From Candidatus Eiseniibacteriota bacterium (GTDB lineage: Bacteria > Eisenbacteria > RBG-16-71-46 > JABDJR01): 64,000 bases of DNA. The notes below the pieces were generated by a model. It ran no database searches, was not told the DNA's origin, and worked only from the letters and a program-made list of their open reading frames with translations. Location: the NCBI GenBank assembly GCA_963783375.1, contig CAWANH010000028.1:480001-544000 (forward strand), in the 5' to 3' direction. Of the stretch, positions 1 through 15,255 are shown piece by piece; position 1 is the first letter of the stretch, and every line of letters starts with the position of its first letter. The translations under genes and the position numbers were made by a program.

Positions 1-1196
1 GCCACCATGACCTGCCCCACGTCGGTGGGATGGAAGCCGTCCAGGCTGAAGATCCCCCCGGTCACGAACGTTTCGTCGTAGTGGATCCCGCCCAACGCAA
101 ATCCCTCCGTCTTGACCCGGTTGAAGAGCGCGCTTACGTCCACCAGCGGAAGGTCCCGGCTTCCCGCCTCGTCGGCGATCACCCCGTTCAGGTCGTCGAC
201 CCGTTGCTGAATGGTCCGGATCTCGGACCGATTCAGCACCACCGCGTCGGGAAGGGGAATGCCGTTGGCCCCCGGAATTCCCGGAGGAAGCCCGTACCCC
301 TGTTGCAGGAGGGGAATGGCCAGAATGGTCACGAAGTCCCCCGTCGTCCCCGGACCGGGAAGGGCCAGGGGACCGTCCGGACCGATGAGGGGAATGAGCT
401 GGCCGGTCAGGGGGTTTCGCACCGGGAGACTGGTAGAAGGGTCCACCACGAAAGGGGGGACCGTGGTCACGAACGGCACCGCGGTCAAATCGGGAACGTT
501 GGCCACGACCATGCCGGGATGGGTGGGGATGGCCAGGAGCTGGTCGAGCAGGGTCTGGAAGTCCGCCCGGAACGAGGCCACCGGGGTGAGCTTGTCGATC
601 GTCCCCTCCCGCGCCGCCCCCAGGACGTCGTTGGGTCCGATCCAGAGCAGGATGAAGGTCGGCTGGAGCTTCGCCGCCTGCTGCAGAATCGTCCCCTGGC
701 CCCGGAGGATCAGGTCGTAGAGCGGGTTCGAGGCCTTGGTGACGGTGTTGAGCACGTCGCTCACGTTCGCTCCCGGCACCGCGAGCTGGTTGTAGGGCGC
801 GGGATACCCGGTGTTGAGCGGGCTTCCGTGGATCTGGATCTCCACGATGGTCGGGGGAACCAGGGATACCAGATCCAGGGTTCCGGGAGAGCCGGGCGCG
901 CCGTAGCCTGGGATCACGTACTGCCCGGTCTGCGCGCTCCCCACGTCCTGGGAGAGGATCTCCTTCCCCATCTGGCCGGCCACCAGCGCGGCATAGGAGC
1001 GACGCTGGTGGATCTCATTCAGGCCGTTGTTGGAGAACCCGGCGGTGAGGCTGTTCCCGATCGCCACCAGGCGGGTGAAGTCCGCCCGCCCGGTCTCCAC
1101 CGGCGGGGTCTCCATGGGTTGGATGTCCGCGCACCCGGCGACCAGCATCGGGATCGCCAGCGCCACCGCGATTCGCACGAAGTCTTGACGTCGCAT
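1..1196 (-). CDS. SGNH/GDSL-family hydrolase lipoprotein (3' end runs off the window)
   Basis: Not in the ORF track; translated by hand from ATG at 1196: MRRQDFVRIAVALAIPMLVAG-C (lipobox), block I AIGNSLTAG, block III WIGPNDVL, block V DGFHP. GGAG RBS upstream. Confidence 0.85.
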   Translation of the reverse strand, partial: MRRQDFVRIAVALAIPMLVAGCADIQPMETPPVETGRADFTRLVAIGNSLTAGFSNNGLNEIHQRRSYAALVAGQMGKEILSQDVGSAQTGQYVIPGYGAPGSPGTLDLVSLVPPTIVEIQIHGSPLNTGYPAPYNQLAVPGANVSDVLNTVTKASNPLYDLILRGQGTILQQAAKLQPTFILLWIGPNDVLGAAREGTIDKLTPVASFRADFQTLLDQLLAIPTHPGMVVANVPDLTAVPFVTTVPPFVVDPSTSLPVRNPLTGQLIPLIGPDGPLALPGPGTTGDFVTILAIPLLQQGYGLPPGIPGANGIPLPDAVVLNRSEIRTIQQRVDDLNGVIADEAGSRDLPLVDVSALFNRVKTEGFALGGIHYDETFVTGGIFSLDGFHPTDVGQVMV

Positions 1197-1220
1197 GACG
1201 GCTTCTCCTCTCCGCAAGTA

Positions 1221-2519
1221 CTAATACCGGTAGCCGAGGGTGAGCCCGGCGACCTGAACGCCGTTGGCGTAGGTCCCCTCGAATCCGTCGCGGTTGTCGC
1301 TCCCGGTGTTCCGATCGGGGATGATCAGATAGAGCCCGAAGATGTCGGCCCGCAGCCGGCCCCAATCCTTCCCCAGGCCGACGCTCAGCCCGGTGCGGTT
1401 GTTGTCCGGGAGGAGCGGGCTCACCACCGAGGCCGGCTGGGGAGTCTCGTCATAGTAGTAGCCGAGTCGAAGGTCGAGGTCCTCCCGGAGCGCGATCTCC
1501 GCTCCAAACCGGTAGAAGAAGACGTCGCTCCAGTTCTCGGTCAGGACCTGGTTCAGCGAGGTCTCCTCGAAACGCAGGGGTAGGCGGTCGAAGGACGACC
1601 ACTGGATCCACCCCAGATCCGCTTCCGCCGAGAACCGGGGCGAGGGGGTCACCCCCAGGGCCAGAACCAGCGAAGCTGGAAAGCCCAGATCGGTGGACGC
1701 CGGCTGGTCCTTGGGGAACAGATCGGCCAGGACCGGATCCAGTTCGGTGCCGGTCCCGGTGAAGGTGAAGTCGGCGTTGCCTTGGTAGGTGATCGACACC
1801 CGGCTTCGGTAGTTCATCCCCAGGGTGATCCCGGGGCGGAGGTCCGCCTGGAATCCCAGATTGACCCCGTAGTCCAGATCGTTGCTGGCGGTGAGCACCA
1901 CGGTCCCGGGATCGAGGACCAGGGGTTCGGTTCCCCGTGGGTTCGCCTCCCCGACGTGACGCCTGAGCTCCAGGCTGGAGTGGACGGCCATGACCCCCGC
2001 TCCCACGCGGAACCAGGAGGCGGGCGAGACCGCCACCGTCGGATTGAAGTAGAACGGGGTGATCGAAGCCTTGGTGGAAATGAACCGGCCCGGGAACTCG
2101 TCCGGGTTCTTCCATTCCGTGGTGAGGCCGAAGGGGTTGTATACCCCGAACCCCACCACGAAGTCGTCGCCCAGCCGCTCCGCCCAGTAGACGTGAAACG
2201 GAAAGAAGGCCTGGGTCGGAGACTTGGCGTGGACTCCGTACCCGGGGTAGGGGTTCATTCCCGCGAACTCCCGGGAGACCACGATCATGCTCGTTCCCCC
2301 CAGGATCTCCCCGTTCTCCACCCGGGCCAGTCCGGCGGGATTGAAAAAGATCCCGCTGGCGTCGGCCACCCGGGCGGTGTACGCGCCCCCCTGGCCCATC
2401 GCCCGCCCCGCCTGCTCGTAGAGGCTGAAGCCCGCGCCCTCCGCGACCGCCGGAACCGTGAGCCCCACCGCCATGACGAACGGCAGCCATCTCGTTCTCA
2501 AAGTGAACTCCTTTCCCAA
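1221..2519 (-). CDS. FadL/OmpP1/TodX-family outer-membrane long-chain fatty acid transporter
   Basis: Signal peptide, then AGFSLYEQ...GGAYTA..ADASGIFFNPAGL hatch motif; beta-strand pattern; C-terminal aromatic residue (LGYRY). Confidence 0.88.
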   Translation of the reverse strand: MGKEFTLRTRWLPFVMAVGLTVPAVAEGAGFSLYEQAGRAMGQGGAYTARVADASGIFFNPAGLARVENGEILGGTSMIVVSREFAGMNPYPGYGVHAKSPTQAFFPFHVYWAERLGDDFVVGFGVYNPFGLTTEWKNPDEFPGRFISTKASITPFYFNPTVAVSPASWFRVGAGVMAVHSSLELRRHVGEANPRGTEPLVLDPGTVVLTASNDLDYGVNLGFQADLRPGITLGMNYRSRVSITYQGNADFTFTGTGTELDPVLADLFPKDQPASTDLGFPASLVLALGVTPSPRFSAEADLGWIQWSSFDRLPLRFEETSLNQVLTENWSDVFFYRFGAEIALREDLDLRLGYYYDETPQPASVVSPLLPDNNRTGLSVGLGKDWGRLRADIFGLYLIIPDRNTGSDNRDGFEGTYANGVQVAGLTLGYRY

Positions 2520-2564
2520 GCCGGTCGACAGCGCAGGATCGGGTGATCGACCGTGAACCGCCGC

Positions 2565-4376
2565 CTATCTCTCCCGATTCACTTCGGAGTTTCCTCCGTA
2601 GAGCGCATCGATCTCATCCCGGAAGCGTTCCGAGATCTCCTTCCGGCGGACCTTCAGGGTGGGAGTCAGCTCCCCACCGGCCACGGATAGATCCCGGTCC
2701 AGGAGATGGAATCGCTTGATGGTCTCGTAGGAAGCCGCATCGCGTTGGTGACGGTCTATCCGTCGCCGGATGAGATTCACGACCTGCGGATCTCGCGTCA
2801 TGTCGGCGCGATCCACGACCTGGATCCCCTTGTAGCGAACGTATCGCTCCAGACGCTCGAAGTTGGGCACGATGATCGCGGTCAGATAGGGACGGCGGTC
2901 CCCGAGGATCACCGCCTCGGTGATGAACTTGTCCGTCTTGAGTTCGTTCTCGATCGGTTGGGGGGCGACGTTCTTCCCCCCCGCGGTCACGATCAGATCC
3001 TTCTTCCGGTCGGTGATGATCAGAAATCCGTCCTCGTCCAGGTGTCCGATGTCCCCGGTGTGGAGCCAGCCGTCGGCCAGGGTCTCCGCGGTGGCATCGG
3101 GCTGGTCGTAGTAGCCCAGCATGACGTTGGGACCGCGAGCCAGGATCTCCCCGTCCTCGGCGATTCGGATGTCCACCCCGGGAAGGGGCTTTCCCACCGT
3201 GCCGAATCGGAGGTCCTTGAAGGTGTTGACCGCCAGGACCGGCGAACTCTCGGTGAGGCCGTAGCCCTCCAGGATGGGGAGTCCCGCGGCGTGGAAGAAC
3301 TCGGCGATTTCCCCGGCCAGGGGGGCGCCGCCGGAGATGAAGAACCGCAGCCGCCCCCCCGTCCGCCGGCGCAGCTTGGAGAACACCAGGCGGTCGGCGA
3401 CGGCGAAACGGAGACCCAGCCAGGACCCGACCGGCGCGCCGGCCAGGAGACGCCGGGAGCGCTCCATGCCCACCGACCGAGCCCAGAAGAAGATTTGCTT
3501 CTTCATGAACCCGCTCCGGGTCGCGCTGTCCAGGATCCGCCCGTAGATCTTCTCGTAGAGCCGGGGCACGCTCACCATCACCGTGGGCTGCACCTCCATG
3601 AGGTTCTCCGATACGGTGTCGATGGACTCGGCGTAGGCGATGGTGGTCCGCGCCTGGTACATGCAATAGAGCCCGGCCATCCGCTCCAAAATGTGGCTCA
3701 AGGGAAGGAACGAAAGAGAGGTGTCGGTGTCCCGGAGGTCGAACACCCGGAGCCCGGCCGCCACATTGGACAGGATGTTCCGGTGGCTCAGCATCACCCC
3801 TTTGGGAGGGCCGGTGGTGCCGCTGGTATAGATCAGGGTGGCGAGGTCCTCGGGTTTCGCCTGCGCCGCGCGCCGGGCGATGAGCTCCGGCTCGGCCCGC
3901 CCGAGGCTCCGCCCCCGCTCCCGAAGATCCTCCAGGCTCAACGCCCCCTCCACTTCCCCGGCCCGGTCGAAGACCACCAGGAGGAGACCGGGATCGTCCC
4001 GGCGGAGCCTTTCCGTCTTGGCCGCCTGGTCGGGATCGGCGGCGAAGATCGCCCGCGCCCCCGAATTCTGAAGGATATAGCGCACCGAGTGCTCGGTGAG
4101 GCTCGGGTAGACGGGGACGGAGATCAGCCCGGCGGCCAGGATTCCCAGATCGGCCACCGGCCACTCGAGTCGCGTCTCGGAAAGAATACCGATTCGGTCG
4201 CCTGTCTTCAGACCGCAAGACACCAGGCCGAGGGCGACTTCACGCCCCATTCGCCCGAACTCCTCCGCCGGAACGTCCCGGTAGGCGCCTTCGGACTTGT
4301 GTCGAAAGGCGATACGGTCGGGTTGGGCCTCAATTCCCTGAAGATAGAGCTCGAACAGCGTCCGCGGTTCTGCCAA
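2565..4376 (-). CDS. Long-chain fatty acid-CoA ligase (AMP-binding, FadD/FAA1-like)
   Basis: IYTSGTTGPPKG, EGYGLTE, GWLHTGDIG, DRKKDLI, ELTPTLK motifs. Confidence 0.93.
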   Translation of the reverse strand: MAEPRTLFELYLQGIEAQPDRIAFRHKSEGAYRDVPAEEFGRMGREVALGLVSCGLKTGDRIGILSETRLEWPVADLGILAAGLISVPVYPSLTEHSVRYILQNSGARAIFAADPDQAAKTERLRRDDPGLLLVVFDRAGEVEGALSLEDLRERGRSLGRAEPELIARRAAQAKPEDLATLIYTSGTTGPPKGVMLSHRNILSNVAAGLRVFDLRDTDTSLSFLPLSHILERMAGLYCMYQARTTIAYAESIDTVSENLMEVQPTVMVSVPRLYEKIYGRILDSATRSGFMKKQIFFWARSVGMERSRRLLAGAPVGSWLGLRFAVADRLVFSKLRRRTGGRLRFFISGGAPLAGEIAEFFHAAGLPILEGYGLTESSPVLAVNTFKDLRFGTVGKPLPGVDIRIAEDGEILARGPNVMLGYYDQPDATAETLADGWLHTGDIGHLDEDGFLIITDRKKDLIVTAGGKNVAPQPIENELKTDKFITEAVILGDRRPYLTAIIVPNFERLERYVRYKGIQVVDRADMTRDPQVVNLIRRRIDRHQRDAASYETIKRFHLLDRDLSVAGGELTPTLKVRRKEISERFRDEIDALYGGNSEVNRER

Positions 4377-4613
4377 CGGGTCCTCCGCGGGGTAGGCCGG
4401 TCAGAGGGGTTCTCGGACGGTGACAGAGGAATAGCATCGGACCCCGAGGGGGTCAACCAAAGATAGCGGGGGGGGTGCGGGGAGTGGAGCGGTGTGGTGC
4501 GGTGCGGAAACTGATTGTCCGGAACCGCGGGCCATCCGTCCCGGACACGAAAACGGCGCGCCGGGAGGTGAACCGGCACGCCGCGAAGGGGGGGCTTCCG
4601 CTCGCCTGGGAGA

Positions 4614-5018
4614 TCAGCTCGCCATCTTGGGCTGGTCGGACGTGTCCGCCTGCCCGAGCATGGCATTGATCCGATCGACGAGTTTCCGAGGACTGAAAGG
4701 CTTGGTGATGTAGTCGTCGGCCCCCACGTCGTATCCGGTCTGCATGTCCACGTTCCGTCCCTTGGCCGAAAGCAGGATGACCGGAATGTCTTTGGTGGCG
4801 GCGTCGGACTTCAAGGCCTTGCAGGTCTCGTATCCGTCCATCTTGGGCATCATGATGTCGAGGACAATGAGATCGGGTTTGGCCTCGTTGACCTTGCGAA
4901 GAGCCTCTTCGCCGTCCAAGGCCGTCACCACTTCATAGCCTTCCATGCCCAGACTGAAGTCCAGGATGTGGACGATGTAGATCTCATCATCGACGACGAG
5001 AATGCGTCCGCGGGACAT
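4614..5018 (-). CDS. Single-domain response regulator (receiver only)
   Basis: ILVVDDE, DLIVLDIMMPKMDG, ADDYITKPF. Confidence 0.92.
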   Translation of the reverse strand: MSRGRILVVDDEIYIVHILDFSLGMEGYEVVTALDGEEALRKVNEAKPDLIVLDIMMPKMDGYETCKALKSDAATKDIPVILLSAKGRNVDMQTGYDVGADDYITKPFSPRKLVDRINAMLGQADTSDQPKMAS

Positions 5019-5334
5019 TGATCTTCACCTCCTCGGCGCCCGCATCGGGAGCCTCGGCAACGGCTCCCGCCCCCCTATCGGCCGGGCCCGGGTGGGTGAC
5101 GTGACCCTCCACGGGTAAGGCGCCGGCCCTTGGGTGCGACCAGGGGCTTCTTTCCAAGGTATCGGAGTCCATCGCCGCGACTTTACGATTTTCCTGTAAC
5201 GCGGGATATCGCCCAAGAGGAGGCCGGTGGGGGCCCGGAGGCGCGCATGGGGGGCGGCGCCCCCCGGAGGGCATCAGGGGGATCCCGGAGGGTCGGGGGG
5301 GGGATCCGGCCGGTTCGCCCGGCCGTCGAACCGC

Positions 5335-6303
5335 TCAGCCGTCGGAGCCGGTGCGCAGGATCCCGCCCGACTGCCGCCGCTCCCGCACCACCACGCTCCC
5401 CGGCTGCTGCTTCCCGTGACGCTTCAGCTCGGCCACGATATCGTTGAGCATGGCAATGTGGTCGATGTGGTAGCGGTCGGATTCCACCAGGGCGATGGTG
5501 ACGCTCAGGAGCGGGAACCGCTCGATCTGGCTCTGCCGGTTCTCCACCTCGACGTAGCCCTGGTTCCGTTCGCGGGGCTGGTAGAGATCGAGGATGCCCT
5601 CGTCGAAATCGTTGACGATGCATCCGGCCACCGCCTCCGCTCGCGGAGGCGTGGTGATGACCACGAAATCGTCGCCTCCCACGTGCCCCACGAAGTCGTC
5701 GTCCTCCCCTTCCGTATCCACCGCATGAGCCAGGATCCGGGCCAGGAACCGGATCACGTCGTCCCCCGCCCGGTAGCTGTAGTAGTCGTTGTAGGTCTTG
5801 AAGTGGTCGAGATCCACGTACATGAACGCGAACACGCGCCCCTTCTCCAGGCGGGATTCCACCTCGGCTTCGATGGCGGGGTTACCGGGAAGCCCGGTCA
5901 GGGGATTGCTGTTTCGCTGGGCCCGCCCCCAACCGATCAGGTTCTTGACCCGGACCAGGAGTTCCTTGCGGTCGTAGGGTTTGGTCAGGTAGTCGTTGGC
6001 GCCCTCGTCCAGACCCATGATCTTCGATTCGCTGGTGGACTTGGCGGTGAGGAAGATGATCGGGAGATGCCGCACTCTCCGGTCGGCCCGGATGGCGCGG
6101 CAGACCGCGTTCCCGTCCATGTTCGGCATCATCATGTCGAGAAGCGCGAGGTCCGGCATTTCGGTCTCGAGGATCCGGAGGGCGGCGGCGCCTTCCTCGG
6201 CCTCGGTGACCTCGTAACCCGCGGCTTCGAGCTGAAGCCGGAGGATACGACGAATGCTCGGATCGTCCTCGACAACCAGAATATGGTCGGGCTTGTTGGT
6301 CAT
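5335..6303 (-). CDS. Response regulator with GGDEF (diguanylate cyclase-like) domain
   Basis: REC domain (ILVVEDD, LLDMMMP, YLTKPY), then NPLTGLPGN, DLDHFK, GHVGGDDF. Start placed at MTNKPDH. Confidence 0.9.
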   Translation of the reverse strand: MTNKPDHILVVEDDPSIRRILRLQLEAAGYEVTEAEEGAAALRILETEMPDLALLDMMMPNMDGNAVCRAIRADRRVRHLPIIFLTAKSTSESKIMGLDEGANDYLTKPYDRKELLVRVKNLIGWGRAQRNSNPLTGLPGNPAIEAEVESRLEKGRVFAFMYVDLDHFKTYNDYYSYRAGDDVIRFLARILAHAVDTEGEDDDFVGHVGGDDFVVITTPPRAEAVAGCIVNDFDEGILDLYQPRERNQGYVEVENRQSQIERFPLLSVTIALVESDRYHIDHIAMLNDIVAELKRHGKQQPGSVVVRERRQSGGILRTGSDG

Positions 6304-6640
6304 GTACGTTCCCGGCTCGGCATCGGGGTCCACCTTCGGCGCTCCGTACGGCCTTCGGATCACCCCTCGCACCCCCCCCGGATGCGGCTCCGCCCCGGTC
6401 GCGCCGGGACGGCCCTACGCCGTTTATCGGACCGTCGCACCCCGACTGTAGGGAAAAGCGGTTTCACTGAGCCCCTATGTGATTGCCGTTATGAGTCTTA
6501 GGGCCGAGATGCGTGCAGAATGCAACGTCGCGGCCGGGCCGGAAGGCCGGGAGGCTCCGGAAGTCCTTGCCCGTGCGGCTCATGAAGCCGAGGGGCGCCG
6601 GCGGGCACTCCCGGCCGGGGGCCGGCTGATACGTCGGCCT

Positions 6641-7687
<1,047 letters not shown>

Positions 7688-7981
7688 TGGTCGATTCTAT
7701 CAGCCCGGCGGCGCACCGGTCCCGGCCTCGGCGGTAGGCGGGTGGACCGGTCCCGGATGGGGGGGCGGCCGGTCGCGGGGAGCGACGCCTCCCGGGGCCT
7801 CCCCTTGCCGTTATCCGGCGTCTCGGTTAAGGTAGGGTCCCGGCGCGAAATCGCCGGAATCGGCCAGAGCGGTAGTCGGTGGGCGGGTCCGGATTCGGGT
7901 CCGCCTTTGCGCGCGCTGCTTGATGGCGCTTCACCGGGCCATGAATATTCGGCGCGCGCCGTCCGAAAGCGAAGGGATGCC

Positions 7982-8626
7982 ATGCACGATACGGTGGTCA
8001 GGACACGGAAGCTCGTTCTCCAGGAGGAGCCCCACGAGGACTTCGCCGAAACCTTCTCCCAACGCCTCCAGGAGACGGGGCTGAGTCGCGCCCTGACCGA
8101 GCCGCTCGCCGCCCACCTGGCCCAGCTCTACCAGGAGGCGTTCCGCTGGTTGCGCGTCTCGTTCCAGCTCGAGGCCCTCCCCGCCGATTCGGACCCGGAA
8201 TCGATCTTCGCCGAGCTTCACTTCTCCTCCCGCCAGATCCGGGTGGCCCTGGACAACGCGATCCCCTTCCTGGAGCGGGCCGAGGACAACCTGAGCGAGA
8301 TCGATGAGATCACCCACCGCGAGAGCGCCTACGAGCGCGACGTGGCGCCCTTCTCCCGCCTCGAGAGCACCCAGGCGCTCCGGGATTACCTGGGCGCCCG
8401 GCCGGAATTCTCGGTGGAGCTGACCGGGGAAGGGGCCCAGGTCCAGGGCGATCTCATGAAGATCCTCTTCATGGAGTCCCGCATCCGCGAGGGGATCTCG
8501 AAGCCGGGCGACCTCTACGCGCTGGTGGCCGAGCTGGTCCTGGACGGCCGCCGGCACCTCATCCCCGCTCTCTCCGACGGGGCGGACTTCCTGCAGGCGC
8601 TGGGGAAGGCGGGTCGAAGGGGCTAG
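7982..8626 (+). CDS. Hypothetical alpha-helical protein
   Basis: 3' part of ORF 6479..8626 from MHDTVV; host-like codon usage and normal amino-acid composition; no family recognised. Confidence 0.7.
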   Translation: MHDTVVRTRKLVLQEEPHEDFAETFSQRLQETGLSRALTEPLAAHLAQLYQEAFRWLRVSFQLEALPADSDPESIFAELHFSSRQIRVALDNAIPFLERAEDNLSEIDEITHRESAYERDVAPFSRLESTQALRDYLGARPEFSVELTGEGAQVQGDLMKILFMESRIREGISKPGDLYALVAELVLDGRRHLIPALSDGADFLQALGKAGRRG

Positions 8627-8664
8627 GAAGGGGGCCCTGGTTTCCGGGCCCCGGTGCGCGCCCT

Positions 8665-8952
8665 TCAGGAGACATCGTCGCTCCGGCCCAGGCGATCGAG
8701 GATCCTGCGAACCCGCTCCCCGTCGTACGCCCGCTCGTTCCGAAGCACCGCCCACACCTCCCGGCTCAGGGCGAACCCGATGGTGTGAAGGGCGATAGCG
8801 CGGCTCTGCCCCCCGGCCTGCAGACGTTCCAGCGCTTGGCGTGTCTCGGGGGGATCGTTCTCCTCGATCTGCTTCTCCACCACCTGGAGCACCGCGCTTC
8901 GGATGAGGTCTCCCCGGTGTTCCATGCGGTCGCCACGATCCGGTCCGGTCAT
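8665..8952 (-). CDS. Small conserved hypothetical protein (DUF1841-like)
   Basis: VVEKQIEENDPPETRQALERL...EVW pattern resembles DUF1841-like proteins from memory; start could be 8925. Confidence 0.6.
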   Translation of the reverse strand: MTGPDRGDRMEHRGDLIRSAVLQVVEKQIEENDPPETRQALERLQAGGQSRAIALHTIGFALSREVWAVLRNERAYDGERVRRILDRLGRSDDVS

Positions 8953-9238
8953 GGGTTCAGCATATCGGAGGCGGACCCGTCCGGGTACCGGGATCGGGGC
9001 GCGGGGCGGGCCGGGCCCGCCGGGACTCGGGAGGAGACGGGCCGGGTATCCCCATAAAACGATGCGCCCCCCGCTTGAAAGCGACTACAATCTTCCCGGG
9101 AAGACGTGAAGCCCTGCCGGAGGGAGGCCTCCCCGGGCCGGGTATCGCCGTTGGCGCTCGAGGATGGACGCCTCGACCGGGAGGCGGCTCACGACTCGAA
9201 TCCGACCCGGGAAACAGGGCAAGGGAGTGGTGAAGGCG

Positions 9239-10237
9239 ATGAAGCGGTTGAATCACAAGAATTATATTGTTCTGGGCCTGGCCGCGTTGATCGTGGTCTT
9301 CGCCGGTTGTCCCGCCCCCAACTCCCTCAAACCGGGCACCCCGGTAGAGACCGAGGGACCGTGCGGAGCGGGGTTGGACATCTTCCTGCCGCTGGCCAAT
9401 GGGCTGACCCAGGTGGGCACCGACACCACCCTCGACATCGCCACCTGGAACCTGGAGTTCTTTCCGCTGGATCTCCCCGGCGACTACGACTGCCCCCACC
9501 CCGTCGATGCCACCCGGGAGCAGCAGGCCGCCGACATCGTCAACCTCCTGGGGTTGGACGTGATCGCGGTGGAGGAGATCTCCGATCCCACCGGCTTCGA
9601 CCAGTTCCTGGCCCTCTGCCCCAACTACGATGGAATGCTGTCCCCCGAGCGCCGCGGGTGCAACTACCAGAGGCCGGGGATCATCTATCGGAAGGACCAG
9701 GTGACGATCCACTCGACCCGGTTGCTCTTCACCGACGACGGCTACGCGTTTCCGAGGTCGGCGTTCGAGGCGGACATGACGATCGCTTCCAACGGGCGTT
9801 CCTACGACCTGCACCTGATCGTCGTCCACCTGAAGGCTTCGACGGATGCGGAATCGCGGGACCGCCGGCGGTCGGCCACCACCCAGCTCAAGGCCTACCT
9901 CGACCAGCAGACCGCCCAGGACTCCACCGCCAACTACATGATCGCCGGGGACTGGAACGACGCCCTGGAGGATCCCCTGGGTACGAACTCGTTCCCCAGC
10001 TTCCTCAACGATCCGGGGGACTACGAGTTCCTGGATATGGTGATGGCCGGGCGGAGCGAGTTCGCCTCCATCGCCTACTCGGGTTCCCTGATCGACCATC
10101 TCCTGGTCAACCGCGCGGCCTGCCCCGATTTCGCGAACGGACGCGTGACCACCCTCGCCCTCGACCTCCTGGTCGACAACTATCGGAACATCTCGGATCA
10201 CCGCCCGGTGATGGTGCAGGCGCCGATCTTCAAGTAG
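9239..10237 (+). CDS. Endonuclease/exonuclease/phosphatase (EEP) family lipoprotein
   Basis: Lipobox VFAG-C; IATWNLE, DVIAVEEI, VHLKA, IAGDWND, IDHLLV, SDHRPV. Confidence 0.9.
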   Translation: MKRLNHKNYIVLGLAALIVVFAGCPAPNSLKPGTPVETEGPCGAGLDIFLPLANGLTQVGTDTTLDIATWNLEFFPLDLPGDYDCPHPVDATREQQAADIVNLLGLDVIAVEEISDPTGFDQFLALCPNYDGMLSPERRGCNYQRPGIIYRKDQVTIHSTRLLFTDDGYAFPRSAFEADMTIASNGRSYDLHLIVVHLKASTDAESRDRRRSATTQLKAYLDQQTAQDSTANYMIAGDWNDALEDPLGTNSFPSFLNDPGDYEFLDMVMAGRSEFASIAYSGSLIDHLLVNRAACPDFANGRVTTLALDLLVDNYRNISDHRPVMVQAPIFK

Positions 10238-10295
10238 GCGGGGGGGGACGCGGCGGCCGTTCTTGCGCCGTCGCGGAAACGCGGGGAACCGGACC

Positions 10296-10715
10296 CTATC
10301 CCCGCATCGCCTCCCGGGCGATCTTCATGCGGTTCATCGCGCGCTTCAGCGCCATCTCGGCCCGGGCGGTGTCCACGTCGGTGGATCGCGCCGCCAGGCG
10401 CTCGCGGGCCCGCCGCGCCGCCTGCTCCGCGCGGGAGAGGTCGATGTCGGCGCCCAGCTCCAGGGCCTCGGCCAGGAAGGTGGCCACGTTGTGGTTCACC
10501 TCGAGGAACCCGCCCGAAACCGCGTACACGGTCTCGACCCCGTTCAGGTCCTTCACGGTGAACTTCCCCGGCATGAGCTGGGTCACCAGCGGCGCGTGAT
10601 CGCGCAGGACCCCGAGGTAGCCCTCGGTTCCGGGGGCGATGATGGAGAGGACCGGCTCGTCGAGAACCGCCTTCTCCTGGGTCAGCACCGTGAGCCGGTA
10701 TCCCTTGTCGGCCAT
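10296..10715 (-). CDS. atpC: ATP synthase epsilon subunit
   Basis: APGTEGYLGVLRDHAPL, AVSGGFLEV; position in operon. Confidence 0.95.
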   Translation of the reverse strand: MADKGYRLTVLTQEKAVLDEPVLSIIAPGTEGYLGVLRDHAPLVTQLMPGKFTVKDLNGVETVYAVSGGFLEVNHNVATFLAEALELGADIDLSRAEQAARRARERLAARSTDVDTARAEMALKRAMNRMKIAREAMRG

Positions 10716-10721
10716 GACGGT

Positions 10722-13122
<2,401 letters not shown>

Positions 13123-13130
13123 GTTCTCGC

Positions 13131-14660
<1,530 letters not shown>

Positions 14661-14702
14661 CGTGACTCCTCGAACCGGCGGCGTCCGCCGGATCCGTCCT
14701 GT

Positions 14703-15252
14703 CTAGCTCACCTCGGCTTGGAGCAGGTTTTCGGCCATTTGCTTGAGCCCCCGGCGGAGGCTCCGGTCGATGATCTTGGGTCCCAGGAACACGATCACCC
14801 CGCCGAGGATCGTGGGATCCACGCGCTTCTCCAGGATCACGTCCTTCCTGGTGATCCGGTCCAGCTCACGCTTCAGGCGGGCCTCCTGGTCCGCGCTCAA
14901 GGGCGTCGCGGTGATGACCGGGGCGCGGAGGAGTCCCTGGTGCTCCTCGATCAGGAGCTGGAACTGCGCGGCTGATCTCGGAAAGCAGGCCGATCCGCTT
15001 CTTGTCCACCAGGAGCCGCAGGAAGTTCACCACCATCTCGTCCAGGCGCGGGCCGAACACGGTGAGGATGAACTCCGTCTTGCGCTCGGTCAGCACCTCG
15101 GGGGAGGTCAGGAAGTTGAGGAACGAGGGCTCCTCCTCCTCCAGGTGCCGGATCGAGGCCACCCCCGCGGCGATCTTCTGGGTCCGCCCCGCCTCGATGG
15201 AGGCGTCGAAGAGCGCCTTGGCGTACTTGTGGGCGACGCTGGTGGTCCGCAT
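14703..15252 (-). CDS. atpH: ATP synthase delta subunit, split by a +1 frameshift near 14973
   Basis: N-half VAHKYAKALF...NFLRLLVDKKRI and C-half ITATPLS...VDPTILGGVIV...IDRSLR lie in different frames; span is 550 nt (3n+1). Confidence 0.88.
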
Positions 15253-15255
15253 GGG

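Noticed and set aside
30-1583. Long + strand ORF (517 aa) and the many other long antisense or alternate-frame ORFs (e.g. 10263..12605, 21155..23431, 38119..40311, 46137..48155)
   Set aside because: Shadow ORFs typical of high-GC DNA. They overlap well-supported genes and have Arg/Gly/Pro/His-biased composition with no motifs.
5025-5216. 63-aa ORF between the two response regulators
   Set aside because: Pro/Arg-rich, TTG start, no clear RBS or motif; cannot be supported.
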